This document shows positions 22,764 to 34,421 of a stretch of 64,000 nucleotides of DNA, in pieces. The stretch's first letter is position 1, and each line of letters opens with the position of its first letter. This DNA is from Paecilomyces variotii (taxonomy: Eukaryota): assembly GCA_004022145.1 (NCBI GenBank), contig RCNU01000004.1; one strand, 5' to 3'. A model generated the notes under the pieces. The model did no database searches and was not told the DNA's origin. It saw only the letters and a program-made list of their open reading frames with translations. A program made the translations under genes and the position numbers.

Positions 22764-25700
22764 ATGAGCGGACGAAGCGGTTATACGAACGGAAATGGCT
22801 ACGGCGACGGGAGCCGCTATGACCAAGGATACAGCAATGGAGATACCCGGAGGGCAAACGGCTACGGTGGTGCAGGTGGAGGACGAGAGCCCCGTGTAGG
22901 TGGATATGGCGGATTATCCGAGGAGCCTCAGCAAGCAGACTATTCTACGTCGCCGTCGCGGGAGCGAAGCCGGGCTAGGGTAGAGCGTGAGCAGCGACAG
23001 GCGACCTCACGGTCGCGCACGAGAGATCCGAATGCGGGTGCCAGACGGGCAGGTGGAAGAGATGAAACTGGCTATACGAGTCGATCGAGGGGAGGAGAGG
23101 GTTCAGATGGTGCGCGGAGGGCCCGGGGAGCGCAGGCGATAGAGGACATCCTCCAGTCGATCCAGCGTGACTGGGACTTCATGGCCAGCGATGAATGCGT
23201 TCCTGTTCAGGTCGGGTTGCAATTGATGGACAACAGCACGTTGGGTAAAGCAGATCGGGAACCGGAATTCCTGGAGATGCACAAGCAGATTCAAAAGACG
23301 CTGAAGGCTATTGTCAACGGTGAGTTTCTATCGAACGTAGCCCCTTCATTGAAAGCAGTATGCTCATCTTGGTTTCCCCAGAGCACCACCAGGGTTTCAA
23401 TAGTTCTATCGGTACATACCATAAGATCCAAAGCAGCATACAAAGCTCACAAACCCGCGTGCGGACGCTACGCGACTCTCTCGAAGAGACGAAAGCCGGT
23501 CTTCTCACGACCAAACCCGAATTGAAAGGGCTGGCTCACTCATCTCAAAGCTACGATGATATTCTACAGTTATTCCACCAGATCCAAGAGATCCAATCCC
23601 TGCCCGAGAAGCTAGAAGGTCGGATATCCGACAAACGTTTCTTGTCTGCGATTGATATCTTGCAAGATGCTCTTCGCCTTCTGCGGAGGTCAGACTTCGA
23701 TAGCATTGGGGCTCTTGCCGACCTTCGGGCATATTTCAGCAACCAGGAGGTCTCTTTGACCGACATCTTAATCGAGGAGCTACATGACCATCTGTATCTC
23801 AAATCGCCCTATTGCCAAGATAGATGGAAGCCTCCAGTGATAAATGGTCAAAGTAACGGGACGGCTAGTGTCTCCGGGGTTAATGGCGTGACAACGTGGG
23901 AAAGGCCTGTCTACGGCTTCCTAGCGAAGTTGGACACGTCCTCGCCTATGGTTGAGGATGCTTCGAGGAACCCGGAAGCTGACACCTTCAGCTATATCCA
24001 CATGATTATTGAGGCACTCAATAAAATGGGACATCTGGATGTTGCTATTGATCGGATAGAACAGCGAATGCCTGTTGAACTTTTTGCGGTTGTCGACAAG
24101 ACCAATGCGGAAGTTGATGCTCGATACCCGAACCTGCCGCGAGGCTTTTCATCCAGAGATAGCACAAGTAACTCACCAGCTGAGATCAACGAACAGCGCG
24201 GCCACGTGCTTAGTGAATTCCTATGGGCCTTGTATGCTAAGTTTGAGGCAATAGCGGAGAGTCATCGAGTTGTCCATGATGTGGTCAAAGGCATCGTGGA
24301 ACGTGAAGACATCCCCAAAGCCAGTAACTTGACCGGGGGCTTCAAGGAGCTATGGAAACTATATCAAAGCGAGGTAACATTTATTTGTCCGACTACCGCT
24401 CTTTACATGTTTGCTGACACTTTCAGATTCGTTCTCTCTTGCATGACTATCTTGCAACAGATGGACATTCGTCCTTCAGGCCAACAGCGGGCGACTCTGA
24501 TGGACGGCGTACCGTTCCAAACCAGAGAGATAAGAACAGGGTATTCTACACAGTTCCCCGAGGTGGTATGATATCGCGTCTGACAGGGTACAGAAAATGT
24601 TCAAGCTATCTGATGTCGATCAAAACTCATCCGATATGAAAGCCGAACAGGATGACTTGGACGAGATCCTGAGATCTTCCGTCCCCGGTCTGGTGACTAA
24701 GTCAACTCAAAGAGCGACCACTACCGACTCTTCTCAGACCAGACAAGGAAATTCGGGCACCGGCCATAAGCTACTCATCGAACCGAGTGTGTTCAATATG
24801 AGTCTTCTGCTACCCCCGTCTCTATCTTTCATCCAACGGTTGAAGGATATCGTGCCGGTCGACTCGGACATTGTTATGAGCACACTGACCTCTTTCCTGG
24901 ATGATTTCTTAGTCAACGTCTTTCTGCCTCAGCTTGAGGAAGCTATCACTGATCTTTGCACATTGAGTTTCATTTCAGCAGATGCCTTTACTGAGGATCC
25001 GCAGTGGGCAGCCGTTTCTCCCAGACCGGTCTTTAAGGTACGCTTATTAGTCCTCCTGTCTTCGACATGGATCGCTAACTCACGAACTTTTCTCGTAGGG
25101 GACTGTCCAATTCATGAACCTTGTCAAAGCATTTAGCAAGATGTTGGATACTATTCCTCAAGATCAGACGTTTACACAGCTTGTCATTAGCCAAGTTGTG
25201 ACATACTATGACAAGTGCTGCGGCTGGTACAAGGGTAGGTCCTTTTCCTTCTTAGGACAGACAAAGCGTGGCTAACATCGTTCAGCAATTGTCTCCAAGA
25301 TTTCCCCGCAAGCACCGGGGGGCGTCCGTCTCAAAGCAGCCGCGGCTTTTGCGGAATCAGGCGAGATCCGGGATACAGTACTTGAGCTATGGCAAAACCC
25401 CGGTGATAAGAAAAGAGAACTTGTCGATAAGGTATGTCTGCAATGAGCGGGGTACATGAACCCTGCTGACTATGTCCAGGAAATCGATCTTATGATCAAG
25501 GAGACAAATAAGAATCCTCTCGTGCCGTATGATATCATCTCAGATCCTAAGACGGTCGTTGCGCTGTCATTACTGTATAATAGCATGGTACGTCCACTGT
25601 CATGCCACCAAATATCACAAGGCTCAAACTGACTGTTTGAAAGCAATGGCTTGCCAGTCATCTTGTGAAGTTGCGACATGTCAGTCAGAGCGAGTCGCGG

Positions 25701-26633
25701 CCGCAGTCATCCTCGGGGCGTGTTCCTCACTCTCGTCGATGGACTCTTATTACGGCTATGAGGACAAAGCGGGACAGTGTTAGCCAGTCGGTCTATCTTC
25801 CTCTCAATCCTGAGACTGCAGTAGCATTCGATACCACAGTGCAGTCGCTCCGAGATCTCGCCACAGCAGCGCTTCTTACGCTGCACATTGATATCCGGTG
25901 CGGCATTATCCACATGCTTACCAAGGCCATGGCGGGACCAAACCCTCCCCCTCCTCAATTACGTGAATCGAATACTCCTATTACTCCTTCACCCGATCCG
26001 AACGTGCATTGGCACCATATCATCCCTAACCAGCCGACATCTGCGTCTCCGGCGGTCCTTGAACTAAACACTGATCTGATTTCCTTCGACACGAACGTCT
26101 CTGCGTATGTGGGCCCGAATGAACAGTGGTTCATCTCTTCGGGCCTTGCCAGGTTCATCGACAAGGTCTTCATCTCCTGCACTAGATATATTGGGGCAAT
26201 GAACCATAACGGCGCTCTGCGCCTTCAGCTGGACGTTCTTGTCCTCCAACAGAACCTGAAGAATATAATTGTGGATCCAACCGGTGAGGACACCGAGAGA
26301 AGCAACGCCCTAGACGATCCGAGCCAGCCGCACGAGGTTGTCGCCCTCCCTCGCAGTGCCAAGTTCCTCGACTGGTTCCTTGAAGGAGCCGAAAAAGCAC
26401 TTGACTATGCCAAGGAAGAGAAGGAACTATTTGCAGCGCAAGGCGATAAAGCACTGGCGGCTGGAAACGGCGAACCTTTCTCTTACGATGAGCTAAAGAT
26501 ACTGGTAGACCTCTGTTTTTCCGAAATTATGAAGGGCCCTCGCGGTGCAGAGAATCGCGAGGATTTCATGGCAGCCAAGAGAGGGATCGCCGATGCAATG
26601 CTCAGGCTCAGCGAGGTCATGTGGGATTCTTAG
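22764..26633 (+). CDS. SEC8: Exocyst complex component Sec8, multi-exon
   Basis: IQRDWDFM..DECVPVQVGLQLMD.STLG, VNEHHQGFNSSIGTY, ILIEELHDHLYLKSPY, NPEADTFSY, GHKLLIEPSVFNM, GALRLQLDVLVLQQNLKNI. Confidence 0.95.
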
Positions 26634-27766
26634 ATACCTTATTTCTTCTCAGTACCATTTGCGCGATGTTTATAGCCATCAGTTCATGCGGTTTGGTTGG
26701 GTGGGCATCCGTAACTATAGAATTTATAGTATCTATGTGGAAGGAGAAATACCTGGATTGCTTTGGGCGTTTGGGGAGACCAGGTCTACCATTTAACACT
26801 TTCTGTTGTCGTTTTGTAGAAGTGATCCACGTTGCTAATTAAGTATCTCCCGAGGAGTAGATACCGCGATCGTCTCGATCGGCAGAAGGGTCTAAGAATA
26901 AAGAAATGAGGGAAGATCAGCGGCAAAATTCATCAATTATATTTTGTATTAAGTTGCCAATGCCGGGCTTCTTTGAGGCTCAGATCAATCTTGAATCTAG
27001 TTACTCTCAAGGAACAATATAGAAAGCAAACCATCTGAACTGGCGGCAGCAACATGCCACTTAGCTACCGTCTAAATGAGATGTTTGGGGCCTGAACTTC
27101 CGATTGGCATTATTGCCCCTGAGGTCGGGCCAACTGGTGATCCCAAACTATTGACCTGGCTGCGCTTTCAATATGATAGCTGCGAAGCTAAGCATCAGAC
27201 TTTAGATGCCCGCCGTTTCAGCATGACAACTGTGTCAGTGGAGCTTACGATTGACATACTATTGTTTCCCCAGGTGGAGAGGAGGCACCAGCTCTGTCTA
27301 CGCCGTAGCTGTCTTTGTTTAATTTAAAATGATGATTGGCGCCCACGAGGGAAAATGCCAGAGTGACTCCTTTTGACATTCCTCGCCATCTCGGGCATTC
27401 TTTAGCACTGCTCTCTCTTCTTCATTCTTCCCCAACCTGCGTTTACGCAAATCTTACACTCTCTTGCCTCTGTCTGGAACAAAAGCTTGAGGGCTTCGAT
27501 TGTTCCGCAGGTCCATTCATTTTTTTCTATATCACTTGTTGGTTGTATTCAGTTCGAAAACTGTCGCATTCATTGCCAGAAATTTCACTCTTTGTTAGTG
27601 AGGGAAGGGACAAAGAGAGAGAGACAGGATTTATTAACTACACCCCTCTCTGAATTCTTCTGAGTTTACTACATTCTCTGCTTCTGTGTTGCTTCTTCTG
27701 TCCAAAAAGGAAAGCACGCATCCGTTCATTCTTACTACATACCTTGTTGTTTATCCGTCATCGAAA

Positions 27767-28544
27767 ATGAGATATCCGCAGCTTAGCGCGATGGCAGCCG
27801 CTGCTCTGAGCAGTGCTTCTATTGTCTCTGCTGCTCCTGCTGCTTTACCATCTGCTGGTGATCTGCTTGGGGGTGTTCTTGGTGGCAGCAACTCAGGCCA
27901 GGCGACATACTATACTACCAATGGAGTCCAGGATGGAACTTGCTCTTTCTCGGGCTACACTCTTCCATCCAGCATCTTCGGCACTGCTCTATCCAATTCG
28001 AATTGGAACAATGGAGCAAACTGCGGTGCCTGTGCACAAGTCAGTGTACCCGGCGGGAAGTCCATCAAGGCTATGGTAAGTGAACACAAATTCCTATTCC
28101 AATGAATTATTTAATGCTGATTATACAATCCAGATTGTCGATCAGTGCCCTGGCTGTGGCGAAAACCACCTGGACCTCTTCCCCGACGCCTTCTCCGAAC
28201 TGGCAGCACTCTCTGTTGGCGTTCTGGACGTGCAATGGAACATCGTTCCTTGCGGCATCGACAGCCCCCTCAGCCTCAAGGCAAAGGACGGCTCCTCTCA
28301 GTACTGGTTCAGCATGCAGGTCGTCAATTCGAACCTACCAATCAAGGCGCTCGAGGTCAGTACTGACGGCGGAAAGACGTGGCAGGAGACCACTCGTACG
28401 TACTACAACTTCTTCGAGAAGGACGGTGGCTTTGGCAGTGAAACAGTCGATGTCCGTGTCACCAGTCTCACTGGTGACAAGTTGGTCGTCCAGAATGTCA
28501 ACTCTGGTTCAAACGCTGCGACGACAGCTACTTCGAACTTCTAG
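27767..28544 (+). CDS. Secreted expansin-like protein (EglD/CelA/Asp f 7-related; DPBB + CBM63-like domains); intron 28076-28133
   Basis: Signal peptide MRYPQLSAMAAAALSSASIVSA; GQATYY, GTCSF, ANCGAC, M-IVDQCPGCGENHLDLF, W.IVPC, GSSQYWFSMQV, LEVSTDGG.TW, RTYYNFF. Confidence 0.92.
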
Positions 28545-30162
28545 TCGTGATATAGCAGCCTATTCCATTTTCGATGCCCTTTCTCTATAAACCTGTTGTC
28601 ATATACAGACAATCATGGAGGGAATTGCAGTTTACTTTCTTCTTCACACTCCCTGGCTACTCAGGGGCATGCAAAGCAGCTTTTTGTGGATGTCGCGGAG
28701 CTTCGATGTATTCATCGAAGTATATATAGAACTTTGAATTGCCGTTAAAATCAAAACAGTTTCTTGGCATACATATTCCATTGACTTGCGTCGGAGGTTA
28801 TATTGAATCTGCAATTTTATATTTTCGTACATGCCAGATACAAGCATAGACCGACCATATTATGCTGTTATTCTCTACCACCCACGTGGGCGATGCGGCC
28901 ATCAACCATTAACGTAATTCCCGACCGACCTGATCACCCGCCCGACCTGATCACCCCAAACACCTAGATGAAATACTGTCCGATTTTACTACCTAAATAG
29001 CAGCGTAATTTGATGATATTTCATCGCTATATTAATTAGGATATCTAACTCTAGTATGGCCCCTAGTATTATAATTTGAACATGTTAGTAGTGCCCGCTG
29101 GCGCGGCTGTATAGTTAAATTATCTGATCCCTCTATAGTGCTAGTAAGAGCTTTATTAGCTTTATTATTCCTCTGCGCAAGAGCTTGACTTTTTTTAATA
29201 TTTAAACCCTATATAGCACTTATTTAATAATTAGATTATTACTTTTTTTGCTGGAGTTCTTTATTAGCTAGATATAGATTCTGATTTTTATATACTATAA
29301 GGGTTTTCTTGCTTACTAAGTATTTATATTATTAAATAAAATAATCTAGGATTAGCTAATTAGTAGATAGAGGACTTTAGGTTTATTTTTTAAGCAAGCC
29401 TTAAAGTATAGTCCTATATTTTTTTAAATTTTTATAATTCTGTAGTATTTTAGATAGAGAGATTATAGAAGTAGTTAACCGGCTTTTTAATAGTATAGGA
29501 GTAGTTAGTTAAATAATAAACTATTTAAGTATTTCTTTTAGGTTAAAAGGGATTAAACTAGTTGCTTTAAATCTGCTTTTAATAATATCTGAAATAAATA
29601 TTTAGGCGCGAGCTTTAGAGTAAATACTTAGGAAGTTAAGCTTATCGATATGATTAAATCCCTAATAGTGCTTATCTTAAACTAAGCAACTATATACTTT
29701 TTTTAAAGGCCTAAAACAGCTAATATTTAGAGGTTAATAAAAAGCTAATAAGTGCGGTAGTATATAGACTAAAATAATATTATGTTTGCTATATATCTTA
29801 TTAAATTTTAAGGTTAAATAATTACTATACCTATCTAGAATAAGAAATAAATATTATTTAGTCTTTTAATAAGCTATCTAAGGTATAAAAACTTTTTTAA
29901 GCCAGTATAATTTAATCTGGTTTATAGTTTAGCTATTATTGCTAATTTTAATTCTTTAGTCTTTTAGTATATTAAGATCCTCGTACTAGCCTTAAATATA
30001 GGTTTTGCCTTTAAAAATAATATATAGTAGTATTGCCTAGCCTATAGAGTTAATATATTTAATTAATATAATCTATTTATAATTGCCTAATTAAGTAACT
30101 TAATACTTTCTATAATATTTAGCTTATATTATTACCTTAGTAGTAGTAGTAAGGCCTATTAT

Positions 30163-30683
30163 CGGGATGTAGCTCAGCCCAGCCGGGGACGAGCTCAGCC
30201 CACCCTAAAAGCTCATACCACCCAAGTATTTGGGATCTCGGCGCACCCTAAGAAACTTTAATTTTTCCTAGCCTATTTAGGCATAGTAGAAATATATAAA
30301 AAAATATTATAAAATAATTTATATTTTAGTCTACATTATATATTAAAATTAGGATTTTAAGATTTTAATTGGGTACGCTAGGGCAAGAGTTAGTAAATTA
30401 CACATAGAAATTCGAAAATTACAAATCTTTCTTGGTTTTTTAATTCTTAAAAATCGATTTTTAGATATTTAATTTTTCTTTTTTTATATATATAAGATAT
30501 AGGTTATAACCTATATAAATATTTAATTTCGAGTGAAATATCTTTAGGTTTCGACTTTTAATAAATTTTTGAAGTTTTTAGTTTAAAAGCTTGGCCCACT
30601 TAAAAAATGGTAAAAATACTCGGGTGGGCTGAGCTTCTAGGGTGGGCTGAGCTCGCCCCCGGCTAGGCCGAGGTATAGGCCCG
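30163..30683. mobile_element. Non-autonomous ~520 bp MITE with ~67 bp imperfect TIRs and 8-9 bp TSD (Mutator/MULE-like)
   Basis: Left end CGGGATGTAGCTCAGCCCAGCCGGGGACGAGCTCAGCCCACCCTAAAAGCTCATACCACCCAAGTA aligns with the reverse complement of 30617-30683; flanked by (G)CCTATTAT on both sides; removing it restores the transposase frame (...ETGY.MG-LT...). Superfamily is inferred. Confidence 0.85.
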
Positions 30684-30720
30684 CCTATTATATATCTAGT
30701 TTTATTAAAGTTATAGATAT

Positions 30721-31059
30721 TGTTATAGGAAGATATATTAAGACTTAGCATAAAGTCTTTAAGCGAGTAAGTATTAAGAAAGAAGAGAAGAGTATTTAGC
30801 TTTAGAGCTCAGAGTAGAGCTAAAGGAGAAGCTCTAGCTATAAACTAATATAATAAACTAATAATAATCTAATACTAAACTAATACTAAATAATAATAAA
30901 AAAAAAAGCTAATTATTTTATTTTAAATAACTAAAAGGTATTATCTCTTTATTATCTTTTCTCCTCTCCTGCTTTATTTATAAACTTTTTAAAAATTTTA
31001 AGTAAAAGTATATAATCCCTTAACTAATTATATTCTTTATACTGATTTTTCTTACTATA
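30721..31059 (-). repeat. 3' LTR of the Gypsy element
   Basis: Direct repeat of 40636-40975; differences are C/T or G/A plus about 1 bp of length; PPT adjacent at 31063-31075. Confidence 0.93.
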
Positions 31060-34000
31060 TAGCCTCCTCTCTTCTAAGAGTAAATACCCCTATTTGCCTT
31101 CTTTAGTTATTATAGTCTATATTATCTCCTCTTTTTAATATTATAAATTATTCCCAAAATAAAAATATTCTAATTTCTAATATTATATATATTTTAAAAC
31201 CCCTAACTTATAAAGCTAAGTTTTTTTCCTCTATAAATAATCTTAGATTAATAATATATTTTGCTTTAATATAAAATATAGCTCTATTTTAACTTTTAAA
31301 TAATCTTAGTTTAGCTAATTAAATATTGCTTTACTTATAGCTATAACTTTATTTACCTAAATATTAAAAGGCCTAGATTCTTTTTAATTAGATTTTATCT
31401 TATCTTATTCTCTATAATTAAAACAGCAGATATTATTAAAATCTATTCCCTAATTCTTTAATATTAGCTAATATAAATTACTAATAAAGATTATTTCTCC
31501 CTATTTAAGTATAATATCTCTTAAACCTATAATTTTCTTAGACTTATCTCTAATAATTAATCTAATTCTTAGGGTTATAAAGCTCTAGCTTATTCCTTTT
31601 TTAAGGATTATAGACTCTATATTTAATATTTTTAGCTTATATCCCTTAAGATAATAGACTTATAGCCTATATTTGCTATAATTATATAGCGCTAATTAGA
31701 TTAAATAGATCTAGATATCTTGTGCAATAACTTTCTAAAGAATACTCTTAGATAAATTTTTAAGCCCTATTAATCTTTTACTCTTTTTCTTATAATAAAG
31801 GGCTACTTTTACTTTTATAATAATATATTATAATATCTTTTTTATTAGTTTTCTTTTAAAAGGTATAATTTAAAAAATCCTATTTACTTCTTAATAGTTA
31901 AAGTCCTCTCTTATTATAATACCTAATTAGATATATTAATTCTATATCTTATTTAGAGTAAAGTCTTCTTTATTTAAGTTAAAATATTTTTTATTCTTAT
32001 ATTTAGATTTAAGATATTCTTTAGCCTTATATAAATTATTTTAGGCTTTATAATATAAGCTATTAGATATATTACTAGAAGTATTTATATTAATTAACCT
32101 AAGATCTTTAAATGGTTAAACTATCCCTAATATTAGGGATTTCTTAGGGAGAAGGTCTTTAGATAAAGATTCTTTAACTTCTATATCTCTATTTTTTATG
32201 CTTTTAAGACTTCCTAGAATAGGACTTTTTATTCTTCCTTTAACCTAGCTATTGCTAGGTATATCTAATATTTACTTAGCCTTTATATTATTTTTAAACT
32301 ATATAGTTCTAGCATTTCGCATATTTTTTAAATACCTAGTTTTTTTCTTAATAAAGGGGTCTTCTAGATTTACTATAAAAAAGGAGGTTTTTATATTAGT
32401 TTCTAAGGCTCTGCTAAAAGATTTTATTACCTATTTATTTTTAGAAGTTTTATTTATAAATTATTCAGTTTTTTTAAATAAATTTTTATAAGAATAGGTT
32501 ATTATTTTAAATAATCTCTTTTTCTATTGCTTTATTACTGCTAGCTTTATATTTCTAATTATTTTTAATACCCCTCTAGCTTCTTTTATAAATATATCCT
32601 TCTTTATATTAATTATATTAGCCAATAATTATATATAAGGCTTATAGATTAAGTTAATCTTCTTAGAATTAACCTATTATAAGACTTTTCTAACCTTTTT
32701 AATACTTATATTTAGTTTATTTAGCTAGGTTTATATTTTAATTTCCCCTTTATTTAGGCAGTAATAATCTTTAAGATTAGTATTAAGTCTCTATTTTTAT
32801 TAAAACTATTTCTAATAGTCTATATTAATATTTTAGGATTTAAGGTTATTATTACTATTTATAAGCATTTTTAATCTTTTTTTAAGAATATTATCTTCTA
32901 CATTTCTTAGTCTTATTATACTTTATACTTTTTTAATATAAATTTAGTATATAGTAGTAGGTTTAATCCTTTTTTTCCTTAAAAATTTTAATACTTTTTT
33001 GCCTTTTAAATTAGCAATAGCCTTTTTTATTAATATAGATATATTAATCTTATATTTATATTTTTTTTCTGGCTATTTTTTTTATTTTAAGTCTTAAGCT
33101 TTTTTTCCCCTTTTAATTTTTTAGGACTCTTAATTTTCTTCTTTCTTTTTTTTTTCTTTTTATATTTTCTTTTTCTTTATCTAATATTAGATCTATTAAT
33201 AAACTCTTATCTAAATCTTCTATTTAATATCCTTTTTTTTCTTCTATAATTTTCTCTAGAAGATTATTTTTTTTTATTCTTATTTTAACCTCTTATAGCT
33301 TTTTATTAATAGGCTTTTAAAAAATTAATCTTTCTTTATTAAGGGCTTTTCTTAAAATATCTCTTACTTTTCTAATATTAATTAATTAAAGGCTCTTTTT
33401 AATTAGTATTTCTTATCTTTTAATATTATAAAGTTTATTAATCTATACTTTTACTAGATATATAGCCGCTATTCTTTAATTTCTAATATTAAAAGCTAAT
33501 CCTCTTATAATTATTAAGGTCTAGTATAACTTTTTAATAATTAATAAGACTTAGTCTATAGTCTCTTAGCCTTATTTCTCTATAGCTTTATAGTAACCTT
33601 TATTAATATATTTATAGTTCTTTTCTGCTTATATTTTTAATTTTTTTAGCTTATTAATAGCTAATACTTCTTTTTTTTTACTTTTTCTAATAGCTCTTAT
33701 TAGTTTAAGAAATTATAAAAATTATTAGCTGCTTTATTATATTTATTTTAAAAATTTAAAATAATTATTGTTATATTATTTATAAACTAAACCTTCTCTT
33801 CTTTATTATTAGTCTTACTTATTATCTTTTTTATAAGCTTATAAATTTTATTAACTATAATATATATATATATTTTAAGTTAAAGAGCTTTATCTTAATA
33901 GATAATATTTTATATTTCTAATATATTTTCTTCTATTTTTAATATATATCTTTATAAAGCAACTTTTTAAAATAGTTTCTAAGCAAAAAGATATATTTAA

Positions 34001-34421
34001 AAGATAAAATAGGGTTAAGTTTAGCTTAATTCAGTCTCTAGTTACTTCTGCTATAGTATTATATAATATAAAAAATAAGATTTTTATAATAAGGTAAGAA
34101 TTCTTTATTTATTACTTATATTCTTTATCTAATATTTTCTATTTTTAACTTTATTTATAGACTTTTTCAAGATATTTAAGCTAATATTATATATTTTTTA
34201 ATTATCTCTCTTTTTCTTCTTTCTTAATTATTATTAAGCATTTTTAAATCTTTTCCCTTCCCTAAAAAGGATACTTTTATCTTAAGTTTATTTTCCTTCT
34301 CTTCTTATTATAGCACTAGTACTTATTTTATTATTATTTTTCTGTTTCTTCTCCTTCTAAACTAACTTTTTATTTTATTTTATTACTAGCTTTCTATTTT
34401 CCTCTTTCTAAGCTAATATTT

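Noticed and set aside
28921..28956. Short direct repeats CCGACCTGATCACCC and GCTCAGCCC as a CRISPR-like array
   Set aside because: They are subterminal repeats inside transposon TIRs, with no unique spacers, in a eukaryotic context.
32252..32491. 79-aa hydrophobic plus-strand ORF resembling a membrane or mitochondrial protein
   Set aside because: The F/L/I/K/Y-rich composition is an artefact of RIP-derived T-richness on the antisense strand of the retroelement.
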